From: Eledone cirrhosa
Taxonomy: Eukaryota
DNA: 64,000 nucleotides
Direction: 5' to 3'
Assembly (NCBI GenBank): GCA_964016885.1
Contig: OZ024757.1
Coordinates: 38,068,001-38,132,000, forward strand
The position numbers and the translations under genes are program-made. Of this stretch, positions 14,528 to 30,444 are shown in pieces; within the stretch, counting starts at the first letter, position 1, and each line of letters starts with the position of its first letter. The notes under the pieces were generated by a model, which saw nothing but the letters and a program-made list of their open reading frames with translations, made no database searches and was not told the DNA's origin.

Positions 14528-14982
14528 CTTAACTTTGCCTTTCATCCTTACGGGGTCGATAAAATAAAGTACCAGTAATGTACTGGCTATTTGCTGGGAT
14601 TGTGCCAAATGTCGAAACAATTAAATAATATTATCAGGAGGAAATATATTTCTTGAAATCCCTCGAGCGAAATAAACGCAGGCCTCTGTACAACACATAC
14701 ATTCTTATACCTTGTGAGGATCGTGTTCACCATACAATCACACGCACTAGATGTATAATTCGGTTCGGTTGTATCATTATCAGTTTATATAGGGTGGTGG
14801 ATTGGCCGTATCGGTAGAGGGTCGGACGCCATGCTTTGCAACATAGAGTTACGCACTTTGACGGTCTGAGTTCAAATCCCGGCGAGGTTAACTTTGCCTT
14901 TCATCCTGACGGGGTCAATAAATAAAGTACCAGTAATATATTAGGGTCGATGTAATCAATTTTCCTCTCCCCTTTAAATTGT
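14528..14982 (+). mobile_element. SINE family A: 3' fragment 14528-14625 and near-full copy 14791-14982
   Basis: family A motifs as at 2011. Confidence 0.9.
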
Positions 14983-15224
14983 CATATATTTAGATATCTC
15001 TCTCCCTTTCTCTGTCTCTCCCCCTTTCTCTGTCTCTCCCCCTTTCTCTGTTTCTCTCCCTTTCTCTCTCTCTCACACTCTCTCTCTCTCGCTCTCTCTC
15101 TCACTCTCACTCTCTGTCTCTCTCTCACTCCCTCTCACTCTCTCCGTCTCTTTCTCAAAGTTCAGTTGCTCTGGTACTGTAGATTTCGAAGGAGGAATGA
15201 AATTCCACTATTCCCATTTCCTAC

Positions 15225-15520
15225 ACAGGCAGCCGTGTGTATATTCACAAGCCCCTGGCTGACGAAATGTGTCATGGACTGGTTCCCATTACGAGGTAGG
15301 ATGTGCATGTTGAAGCTGAGACTGAATGACAGGTCTCTGCAGGTGCTGCAAATCTATGAGCCAAACAGTGCGTCCCAATACATATCCCTTCCTGATGAAG
15401 TCTCTAGCAGCGTTAGTTGTTGTCACGACTGAGTCATGTATATATATCCTGATGGGAGACTTCAATGCACATATTGTCACGTATTACTTGGAGTGATTGA
15501 AAGGAACGGAGATCTCTAAC
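15225..15520 (+). mobile_element. decayed LINE AP-endonuclease fragment (RTE-like)
   Basis: AAVCIFTSP..RMCMLKLRL..LQVLQIYEPNS, then after a frame change CTGATGGGAGACTTCAATGCACATATT = LMGDFNAHI, the APE GDFN motif. Confidence 0.8.
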
Positions 15521-16722
15521 TTATAAACTGAGATACTTTATTAGATTTCTGTTCTGGTAATGTGTTCTCTAGTTCCATACATATTGAATCTAATTTACTA
15601 TATTAGAAATTAAGTAAAAGAAGTGTCTATACAGAAAGGAATTTTCAAACTCTGAATCGTAACAGCATAGAGCACAGAACGATAGAGATGCTTAAACAAA
15701 GCATGATAGTATATAGAAAACATGCAGCTATCCTCTTTATTAAGAAAATAGGGCAGTGGACCTCAGAAACACTTAGAGACTATTAAGGAATGATGCTTTT
15801 ACGAACAAGTCCTACAAGTATTATAATAAAAGATCATACTGAAGCACAACCATGTTTAATACACACAAACACACACACACACACTCAAGGTCAAATATAT
15901 CTGTGCATGCCTACACACACACATATATAGAGATATAGATAGAGAGAGAGAGATATGAATATATATATATGTATATAGACACGAACATGCCCTATATACA
16001 TATATATTTTCAAATATCAGTGTGCGTGTCTGTGTATATGTAGTGCGCACATTTATGTACACATGTAGCTAGCTGTTGAGAGAGAAGCAGAGAGTTACGG
16101 ATACGTGCAAGGTTAAAATGTTCCTTAAATACGAACAGTTCTCGGAACCAAATCAAATTTATACGGATGTAATAACACGCATTCAACTTGAAAAATAGAA
16201 ATGACAATTTAGTGTAGAAAACAAAACTTGTAAAATGTGTTAGCACTGTAATTGTAAAACCAATGGAGGAAATGATAATTTGAAATAAACACATGAATTT
16301 CTAAAACAAATCTCCGAAACAAGGTAACTAACGAAACGACAAGACGTAAATTATTCACTGGTTAAAATAAAATAAAATGATGCTAGAGTTGAATTGAAGT
16401 GGGGTTATTAAATAACAAGGACAACAACAACAGAAAGGCTTATAAGAATACGAGACATGTTTTGTGCAATGAATGATGTGTGATAAAGAAATTGATTGGT
16501 GAAAATGTAAGATGGTGGATCGGAGTATCTCTAAGGGAATGTATTTTTGTCATCACGCTTTGTTATAATATTCCACGAACTACAAAATCCATAATAATTG
16601 TGTACATAATTCTCCGTTGTAGAGATCATACAGCTACAGACATGTATATATATATATATATATATATATAATAAAATAAAATAAAACAAGGACGAGTGGT
16701 TACTCCTTCATTACGTGTATTG

Positions 16723-16812
16723 GTGATGACGCGCGTTTCGCCACTAATCAGCTGAAGGTTCGATCTGTATCGATATAGCCCGACTCTGTAATCCACGGCT
16801 CGTCAGACCCCT
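16723..16812 (-). ncRNA. hammerhead-like motif with a long stem II
   Basis: minus strand reads GGGGT CTGACGA GCC..GGC GAAA CGCGCG TC ATCAC; complete core, palindromic stem III ACGCGCGT, imperfect stem I. Confidence 0.7.
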
Positions 16813-16891
16813 TATAATGGGAAAGAAAAATAATTATATCTAGCGCTGAGTACTTATGTGTATGTATATATGCATACACGTATGTGTGTAG

Positions 16892-17228
16892 TGAAAGCTC
16901 ATGGTTTAGTGGTAAGGGTGTTGGGCTTACAATTGCGAGGTTCTGAGTTTGTTTGCAGGAGCGGTAGCTGCGTTGTGTTCTTGAGCAAGACACTTTATAT
17001 CACGTTGCTCCAGTTTACTCAGTTGTAGAAATGAGTTGCGATGTCACGGGTGCCAAGTTGTATCAACCATTGCTTTTGCCTTGCACAACATTATTGTCCT
17101 AGTGAGGGGGAGCCTCTTGTACACGTTTGACCGCTGGTCTTCCACACACTACCTTTCCCGGGCTTGTGTCTCGAAGAGGAATATTCTAGATACAAACCCA
17201 TGCTCATTAGTGACCAAATGAGGCCTTC
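16892..17228 (+). mobile_element. SINE family B, long copy
   Basis: TGGTTTAGTGGTAAGG head; TGTGTTCTTGAGCAAGACACTTTAT..ACTCAGTTGTAGAAATGAGTTGCG; tail start shared with 39345. Confidence 0.85.
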
Positions 17229-17339
17229 TATATGTGTGTGTATATGTATATATAAACATGCATATATATATATATATATATAAATAGTGGTAGGTAATAT
17301 CCGTAGTGGTAAAGCACTCAGTCCATGTGACGAGTTAGG

Positions 17340-17489
17340 TAGAAGTGGTTACACAACAGGTAGTTCACCATGATGTCCATTACGAGCTGAGGATCCGCTA
17401 AGGGAAAACTATTGTTCTCGGTATGGTGAACTAACTGTTGTTTAACCACTTCTATATATATTGGCAACATGACCCTCACAAAGTATGAC
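17340..17489 (+). mobile_element. family D element end: inverted repeat of about 32 bp (17340-17454) enclosing a hammerhead-like motif (17383-17420), then terminus TTGGCAACATGACCCTCACAAAGTATGACA
   Basis: terminus is the reverse complement of TGTTATGCTTTGGGAGGGTCATGTTGCCAA at 33883 and 58737; motif CGAG CTGAGGA TCCGCTAAGG GAAAAC TATT GTT CTCG. Confidence 0.65.
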
Positions 17490-17531
17490 AATATATATAT
17501 ATATCTATATATATGCATATAGATATATATA

Positions 17532-17589
<58 letters not shown>

Positions 17590-17690
17590 TATATATATAT
17601 ATATATATGCATATATATATATATATGCATATATAGATATATATATGCATATATAGATATATATATGCATATATAGATATATATATATAT

Positions 17691-17735
<45 letters not shown>

Positions 17736-17774
17736 TATAGATATATATATCCATATATATATATATATATATAG

Positions 17775-17805
<31 letters not shown>

Positions 17806-18073
17806 TATAGATATATATATATATATATATATGCATATAGATATATATATCCATATATAGATATATATAGATATATATATGCATATATATATATATATGC
17901 ATATAGATATATATATCCATATATATATATAGATATATATATGCATATATATATATATGCATATAAATATATATATGCATATATATATATATATAGATAT
18001 ATATATGCATATATATATATATATATATATATGCATATAAATATATATATGCATATATATATAAATATATATA

Positions 18074-18121
<48 letters not shown>

Positions 18122-18176
18122 TATAGATATATATATGCATATAGATATATATATATAGATATATATATATGCATAT

Positions 18177-18228
<52 letters not shown>

Positions 18229-18230
<2 letters not shown>

Positions 18231-18306
18231 CGAAGGAAATGTGGTATGTCCAGAATTAGCCGTCGAAACGGCTTGAGCTCAGCCGTCGGGGTCTTACTTG
18301 TTCCTA
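18229..18306 (+). mobile_element. family C1 short copy carrying a hammerhead 3' half
   Basis: GTC GAAA CGGCTTGAGCTCAGCCG TC GGGGTC; homologous to 6158 and 28519. Confidence 0.75.
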
Positions 18307-18336
18307 TATATATATATGCATATATATATCTATATA

Positions 18337-18560
18337 GGCGATTTAGAAAAATAACCAATAATATATTCTATAAAAATGTCAAAACAACAGATGGGAATCT
18401 AATTACTCACTGCCACCAAAAATTCTCACTGCTATCAAAAAACCACTCCCTCAACTATTCTTCTAACTATTCTCTATAAAAAACCAAACAGGTCCTCAGT
18501 AATTATTATTCTGATGAAATGACAGTAAATAACAACATTGAAATATTGAATGTCTGCATA
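18337..18560 (+). mobile_element. probable Penelope-like element 3' remnant: ORF C-terminus plus degenerate hammerhead (18511-18554)
   Basis: frameshifted DLEK*PIIYS..NNRWE..LITHCHQKFSLL recalls the PLE C-terminal EK..LNKRSEL..CRH.NKF pattern; followed by CTGATGA AATG..CATT GAAA TATTGAATG TC with a poor stem I. Confidence 0.5.
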
Positions 18561-18773
18561 ACTAATACTTTGTAGATTGCAGCTGTTTTCAGGTTATGTA
18601 ACTGTTATAGAAACACGTGTCAATAAATTCATTTCAACTAAACTGTATCCATTCAAATCTTTCTATTTTTCTCCGGATTACTTTTGGAACTACAACTGGA
18701 ACCGTCGAGCAAACTCTACGTGAGCTGTCAATCTACTGTGTGTAATATTTTATTACAACACAACAGAAAATAC

Positions 18774-18864
<91 letters not shown>

Positions 18865-18867
18865 GCA

Positions 18868-18915
<48 letters not shown>

Positions 18916-19029
18916 TATATGTATATATATATATATGCATATATATATATATATATATATATCTATATCTATATATCTATATATGCATATATATATATAT
19001 ATATGCATATATATATATATATCTATATT

Positions 19030-19071
<42 letters not shown>

Positions 19072-19135
19072 TATATATATATATGCATATATATATATAT
19101 ATATGCATATATATATATATATATATATCTATATT

Positions 19136-19201
<66 letters not shown>

Positions 19202-19231
19202 TATATATGTATATATATATATATATGCATA

Positions 19232-19359
<128 letters not shown>

Positions 19360-19383
19360 TATATATATATATATATATATATA

Positions 19384-19425
<42 letters not shown>

Positions 19426-19658
19426 TATATATATATATATATATATATATGCATATATATATATATATATATATATATGCATATATATATATATATATAT
19501 ATATATGCATATATATATATATATATATATATATGCATATATATATATATATATATATATATGCATATATATATATATATATATATGCATATATATATAT
19601 ATGCATATATATATATATATATATATATGCATATATATATATATATATATATATATGC

Positions 19659-19692
<34 letters not shown>

Positions 19693-19694
19693 GC

Positions 19695-19728
<34 letters not shown>

Positions 19729-19792
19729 GTATATATATATGTATATATATATGTATATATATATGTATATATGCATATATATGTATATATGC

Positions 19793-19826
<34 letters not shown>

Positions 19827-19840
19827 GTATATATATATGC

Positions 19841-19892
<52 letters not shown>

Positions 19893-20058
19893 GTATATAT
19901 ATATGCATATATATGTATATATATATATATATATGCATATATATGTATATATATATATATGTATATATATATATGTATATATATATGCATATATATATAT
20001 ATATATGCATATATATATATATATATGTATATATATATGCATATATATATATATATGC

Positions 20059-20097
<39 letters not shown>

Positions 20098-20158
20098 TAT
20101 ATGCATATATATATATGCATATATATATATATATATATGCATATATATATATATATGC

Positions 20159-20189
<31 letters not shown>

Positions 20190-20194
20190 TATGC

Positions 20195-20225
<31 letters not shown>

Positions 20226-20228
20226 TGC

Positions 20229-20259
<31 letters not shown>

Positions 20260-20288
20260 TGCATATATATATATATATATATATATGC

Positions 20289-20319
<31 letters not shown>

Positions 20320-20421
20320 TGCATATATACATATATATATATATATGTGCATATATATGCATATATATATATATGCATATATATATATGCATATATATAT
20401 ATGCATATATATAGGCTAACG

Positions 20422-20476
<55 letters not shown>

Positions 20477-21444
20477 CCATTTATATGCATGTACATGTGC
20501 ATACTAACGGTGTTAATAAGTAAAACCTAGATACATTTATATAGGTCATGATACGAAAACACGTGACGTTTATTATACACAAAATAGGAGGAGGGCAGCC
20601 TAGCTTATGATAAGAACCGGATGGAATGAAGAAAGATAACTGACACAGCATTGAGAATATGTAAGTCTTCATTAAAATTAGAAAGATCATTAACACTCAT
20701 AACATAAGCACAGCAAAGCCATATTAAGAACACCATAACATCAACAAATGATATCCGCCATTGATGTGACAGGAGTAAGCTCGCCTCAAGACAAGAACAT
20801 CTGTTTTTCGTTGACAAATACGCGATAATATTTATGAATATTCAATACCTTTTTTGTCATATTTTCCTCACTGAATAACAAAAAAAATAAAAAAGAAGCG
20901 TTTTTTACACTAATGTATACAACACCGTCAGTATAATCATTTGTCTTGCTACAATTATTAATATATATCATTTTTTGTATTTTTTATGTGTCAGCCTTTA
21001 TTCTTTGCTGATTATTTATTTTTCGTTTTCATTCTTTTTCGTTTCATTTCTTATTGTTATTTCTATATTTTTTAGTAACGTGATAAATTTCTTTGAATGA
21101 GAATTATTTATTTTCACAGCTTAATTTCTTTGAATTTCTTTTTGTATTTATATTTATATATCTTTTTTAACACTATCGACTCGATTGCTGCTGCTATTCT
21201 TATTGAAGTTGTTGTAGTTGTTGTTGTTATTGTTGCAGCATATTGTTTCAATGGCGGCTGTGGGGGGTTGCAATGCTTTTGATATTGCTGTAGACAATTT
21301 CATGGAATAAAGACTTATGAAATTACAACTTGACAGCTTTAGTATATTTTAGTGGTATTGTTTCTGTTTTTTTTAATTTATTTCATTGGTGATATGTTTT
21401 GGTGTTTAGTAACCTAGGTCTGTATCTTCTGTTAGTAGTTTCAT

Positions 21445-21900
21445 GATAGCGAATTAGCAGAGTCGTTAGAACGTCGGATAGAATGGTAGAGTCGTTAGAA
21501 CGTCGGATAGAATGGTAGAGTCGTTAGAACGTCGGATAGAATGCTTTATGGTATTCGTTCCGGTTCTCTGCTCTCGGAGTTCGAATCATGCCGAGGTCAA
21601 CTTTGATCATCATCCTTTCGATGTCAATATAAAAAGTACCAGTCTACTACTGGGGTCGATTCTTCCTCTATATATCTTTCTCACTTCGTTTCTCTCGCTG
21701 TTCTTGCTGAGGTCAACCTTACATTCCATCCTTCAGTAGTGGATATAAAAAGTACCAGTCAAGTACTGGGGTCGATTCTTACTCTATATCTCTTTCTCAT
21801 TTCTGCTCTCTTACTGTCTTTCTCTGGAAGAAATCTGCTGTATTCAGACCTGGGGAGGGATGGGCTCCGCTAGGCTCAAAATGCCCAAGAAACGCCGTAT
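21445..21900 (+). mobile_element. SINE A-related composite with a triplicated 29-bp head segment (21459-21543)
   Basis: AGAGTCGTTAGAACGTCGGATAGAATGGT about three times; two bodies, then CTCTGGAAGAAATCT..GTATTCAGA shared with 42750-43150. Confidence 0.8.
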
Positions 21901-22769
21901 GTCAATACGGCGTCTCTTCGACTCTACCAGGAGTAACGGGACAAAGAGCGGGTGTAGTTTGTTAGTAAATCACCTGACATTAATATATTTTCTCATCATC
22001 AGGCGTTATGGAATACAATCATGTTTTGATTAGACCTGTGAAAACTCTAGTGAATAATCACGAATCTTTACGATTATTTCTAAGTGTGATAGAATTATCG
22101 CAAATGTTTTAATCAGTCAGGTGGAAGGAATGTATAAATTATATATCAAATAATCTTATAAACTGCAGATAGCCATCGTGTTGTTTGTTTTGAAAATATA
22201 AGCATCGCATCACTAACTACAAATCTTTAAATTCGTTTTTCTTTACAACAGCAAGGGGATTTAGTTGTGGCAGATGTGTCTCCTTTTTCTAGGTAATTAA
22301 ACGGCACCAGAGAGCCTCTATCGTTAGTTTGCACTTTAACAGGTTTTGCAAGCTGTTGGACAGCTTTTACTCTCATTAGTACTTATTGACGATCCTGTGC
22401 GCCTCGTAAGTCACCATAGAACCTGCTGTTACTTTAAAAAGCAATTGATTGATTTTCTTGTAAAATTAAGGGAATCGCAGTAACTGTAGGCGCCGAATTT
22501 TAAAGTGTCTGTAGACAAGGTATTTTATTTGACAACTCTAGAAATATATAGTGTTAATTAGCAGCATTCTGCGTAGTTGGTAATCAGTGCTTGTTAGTGA
22601 ACCGTCAGCAGCTTATTATCCTTATTGATGCCAAGAAAACGAGGAAAACATGTGATTTGTGACCTCTATTCATTTATTCGTGTCAAATTAATGATGCGAA
22701 TAGCTTGTAGTCGAGAACAAACTAACCGGAGACGTAAACTCGGTCACAATATAAACCATACAGCAACAG

Positions 22770-23330
22770 TGACAACTAAACAGTGTCTAATGTAAATATA
22801 TCAGAGTTCATTGAACTAAGTGTTGTACAAACCTGTGACTAAAGTCAATCCAAACATGCCTATATCGATTAGTTAGTAAATATCAACTAAAACTATGTCC
22901 ATTGTAAATATATATGAGAGTTCATTGAACTAAAAGTGTTAGAGGAAATCCAAACATGCCCATCTTGATTTGTATGTAAATATCAACTAACACTGTCTAT
23001 TGTAAATATATATATATTACAGTTCATTGAACTAAACGTGTTGTACAGATATCAGATTAAAGGATATCCAAACATGGCCATCTCGATGAGTAGGTTAATA
23101 TCAACTAAAACCCTGTCCAATGTAAATATAAGAGTTCAGTGAACTAAAAGTGTTGTACAGACCATTGATTGGAGGAAATCCAAACATGCCCATCTCGATG
23201 AGTAGGTAAATATAGACAACACAGCTACAATATCTTTTGTAAATATATATCAAAGTTCCTTGAACGAAAAGTGTTAATACAGAATCGTACAGACCTGTGT
23301 TTTAAAGGATAACCATCCATGCCAACCTCG
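22770..23330. repeat. diverged tandem repeat, five units of about 100-120 bp
   Basis: CAACTAA..TGTAAATATA..AGTTCATTGAACTAA..GTGTT..ATCCAAACATGCC recurs in each unit. Confidence 0.9.
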
Positions 23331-24120
23331 ATAAAATAAAGTACCAGTAATGTACTGAAGTAATTACTGGCCTTGTGCCAAAAGTAGAAACACGTATTTA
23401 AGGGTGGTGGATTGGCAGTATCGGTAGAGAGTTGGACGCCTTGCTTTGCAGCATAGAGTTAGATCTGAGTTCAAATCCCGCCAAGGTTAACTTTGCCTTT
23501 CATCATTACGGGGTCGATAAAATAAAGTACCAGTAACGCACTGGGGTATATTTAATCAACTTGCACCTCCCGCAAAATTGTTGGTATTGTGCCTATATTA
23601 GTAGTGCGGTGGATTGGCAGAATCGGTAGGGCGTCGGACAAAATGTTTTTCAGTATCTAGTTATGGCCATTTATCTTCTAAGTCCAAATCGTACCAAGTA
23701 ACGTACTGAGGTCGATTTAATCGATCGTCTCCAGCCCCAAATTTATTGGCCTTTTGCCTAAACCAGAAACCATTATTAACTGAGACATTTACGGTCTGAG
23801 TTCAAATCCCGCCGAGGTTAACTTTGCCTTTCATCCTGACGGGGTCGATAAAATAAAGTACCAGTAATGTACTGGGGTAATTGTTGGCCGTGTACCAAAA
23901 GTAGAAACAATTATAACATTCACAATGATATAATTGTTTTTACCTTTGGCACAAGGCCAGCAGATATATCAGTACATTACTGGTACTTTACTTCATCGAC
24001 CCCGTAAGGATGAAAGGCAAAGTTAACCTCGGCGGTATTTAAACTCAGACCGTAAAGGGCCGTAACACTATGCTGCAAAGCATGGCGTATGACCCTCTAC
24101 CGATACTACCAATCCACCAT
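23326..24120. mobile_element. cluster of five SINE A copies: four plus-strand (23326-23393, 23401-23600, 23604-23778, 23786-23914) and one minus-strand (23930-24120)
   Basis: family A motifs; the last copy is the reverse complement. Confidence 0.9.
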
Positions 24121-24351
24121 AATAATAATTCAATTTTTTTCTTTCCCACTTTAGTTGTTGTCCTACATTTCTCTTTCATATTTCCGCAACCTTCATATAT
24201 TTATTCAGAATCTCTAAAAGACAAAACATAGTTTTTTTTAACTTCTTCCAATATAAAATATAAATAAATGAAAAAAAAGCAATAAAAATGCAGACATTAC
24301 AACTTGTAAATTCTACTTTACATATCTAACTTTCACTTCAGTATAATTTAT

Positions 24352-28180
<3,829 letters not shown>

Positions 28181-28181
<1 letters not shown>

Positions 28182-28320
28182 GTCCATCGACTTTCGTCAA
28201 ATTGGACGGAGGAAACAATGTTTCCATTGGTCTTTCCAATTGCTAATACTATCTACCGGTCTCAACTCCAGGTAGAAGGAGCAACGTGAAATAAAGTGTC
28301 TTGTCTAAGGACATAACGCA
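28181..28320 (-). mobile_element. SINE subfamily B2, 5'-truncated
   Basis: reverse complement of about 11744-11883. Confidence 0.85.
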
Positions 28321-28518
28321 TATACAGACATATATATAAACATATATATATACATATATATGTTTATATATATGCATATATATGTTTATATATAAATATA
28401 CATATATATGTTATATATATATATATGTTTATATATATATGTATATATATGTTTATATATATATATATATATATGTTTATATATATATGTATATATATGT
28501 TTATATATATATATATAT

Positions 28519-28682
28519 AACAAAGGAATTGTGGTAAGGAACCAGATGGACCATAACGCACCAGAGTACTCAATAATTAGGGTAGTAGTGTGGGAAATAG
28601 GAAAAAGTATGACCCCGACGGCAGAGCTAAAATAGACGTCGAAACGGCTTGAGCTCTGCCGTCGGGGTCATACTTTTTCCTA
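28519..28682 (+). mobile_element. family C1 copy with a 31-bp perfect inverted repeat (28598-28682)
   Basis: TAGGAAAAAGTATGACCCCGACGGCAGAGCT / AGCTCTGCCGTCGGGGTCATACTTTTTCCTA. Confidence 0.9.
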
Positions 28683-28747
28683 TATATATTTATATATATA
28701 TGTGTGTATATATATGTTTTTATATGTGTGTATATGTTTATATATGT

Positions 28748-28794
<47 letters not shown>

Positions 28795-29273
28795 AAAACC
28801 CATTATATTTAAAATGTTCTGAACTTGGTGTAAACTTGAACACAGATGTTCACCTGTCTTTTGCCTATGTAACAAAAAATAATTTTTGTCGACAAATCTT
28901 TTTCTTTTCCCCTCCATTCATCTTATTTACATGAAACATTCTACTAAACACATTACTACATATTTTTCATTCCTGTCTCTTGAACGTGATTCATGGCGGA
29001 ATAGTCTGTCTGATACACATCATGAGTCTGTGTTTTTTTTTTTCCAATAGCAAATTTAAATTCTTATCACAGTATTTATAGAATTGTGTCAAAAATGTTT
29101 GATGTCCTAACTGATAACAAATGGGGTTAATATTAGTCATAAGAATTACAAGAGGATTTTCTGTTGATGATGATAAATGGAAATGGTATGGACACGCACG
29201 CACGCACGCACGCACGCACGCACATATCATTTTGCGAGGTTTTTGATATAAAATTGTGTGTCGAAACAAATAT

Positions 29274-29724
29274 TGTTATACTTGGGGAGAGTCGTATTTG
29301 TGTAATATTGCCACAATTAATAACAGAACACACTCACTGTTTGGTTGGTGTTCGCTTTTCGCTTCTGTGTCTTTTATATCGGTTAATTTAATTCATTCGG
29401 TCCTCAATGTTGCCATTGACTGGCCAAATAAAAATAAAGATGGCGTAGAAAATACAATTCAACGGGAGGAAACAATAGGACCACTGACGATGTTGCAGAT
29501 GTGCAACGAAAGAAATTTGATAAACTATATATATGTGTTTGTGTCTATATTGTATCTGTATTTTTGACCGTTGGTCAGTCAATGGCAACATTGAGGACCG
29601 AATAAATTAAATTAACCGATATAAAAGACACAGAAGCGAAAAGCGAAAACCAACCAAACAGTAAGTGTGTTCTGTTATTAAATCTGGCAATATTACACAG
29701 ATATGACCCTCCCAAAGTATAACA
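29274..29724. mobile_element. family D foldback element: imperfect inverted arms of about 155 bp, TGT...ACA termini, ATAT on both flanks
   Basis: 29274-29428 is the reverse complement of about 29571-29724; terminus shared with 17489, 33883 and 58737. Confidence 0.9.
29480..29521 (+). ncRNA. hammerhead-like motif in the spacer of the foldback element
   Basis: ACCA CTGACGA T GTTGCA-GATG-TGCAAC GAAA GAAA TT TGAT; 6-bp stem II, one extra nucleotide after A9, imperfect stems I and III. Confidence 0.7.
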
Positions 29725-30020
29725 ATATATATATATAGATATATAAGCGCCGAAACATCTTGAACTCGGTTTTACAGCGGATGAAGGATTTCTTTTCTTC
29801 TCTTGTTTCGTCCATACTACCATCTTAAACTTTGTTTACAGTAACCACGCAGCTTCTTTCGTTTCTTATAATTTCGTATATATCTACAAATATAATTTCA
29901 GCGAGATCGTATTTCGACGGGGGCCAAAAACAAAACAAAAGGCAATCTTAGAGATACCCGGCAAGCGCTCAATGGACTAAAAGAAGACCAGAGCAATTAA
30001 CACACTTTATAAAAGCCAGA

Positions 30021-30199
30021 TATTGGCAGCATCGGTAGAGAGTGGGACGCCATGCTTTCCAGCATAGTTACGTCCCTTTACGGCCTGAGTTCAAATCCCG
30101 CCGAGGTTCACTTTGCCTTTCATCCGTACGAGGTCGATAAAATAAAATACCAGTAATGTACTGTGTACTTGCTGGCCTTGTGCCAAAAGTAGAAACAGT
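30021..30199 (+). mobile_element. SINE family A copy
   Basis: family A head, body and tail. Confidence 0.9.
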
Positions 30200-30280
30200 T
30201 GTAAAGGCCAGATAAAATGAAAACAGTGGTCGTTAAGCCATCACCCACCGGAGCCAAAAAAACTAAGCAAGCTAAACAGG

Positions 30281-30343
<63 letters not shown>

Positions 30344-30444
30344 TAGAGAGAGAGATAGGTTGATGTCTGTGAAGAAGTGGTACAGGGTTAGTTTAAAAAA
30401 AAAGAGACAGCCGTTAATTTCCCATCGAAATTGGCGGACAATGT

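Noticed and set aside
15392-15400. isolated CTGANGA strings here and near 49804 and 50143(-)
   Set aside because: No compatible stems or GAAA; expected by chance
20481-20971. overlapping hydrophobic minus-strand ORFs as a membrane-protein pseudogene
   Set aside because: No recognisable motif; hydrophobic bias is expected from T-rich DNA
21970-22005. minus-strand CTGATGA TGA GAAA..TC as a hammerhead
   Set aside because: No room for stem II, and the only pairing overlaps the core
21459-23330. CRISPR-like arrays (29-bp triplication and 110-bp units)
   Set aside because: No unique spacers, no cas genes, eukaryotic context
23401-23485. tRNA genes at SINE heads
   Set aside because: A and B boxes are present but there is no cloverleaf and each runs into a SINE body
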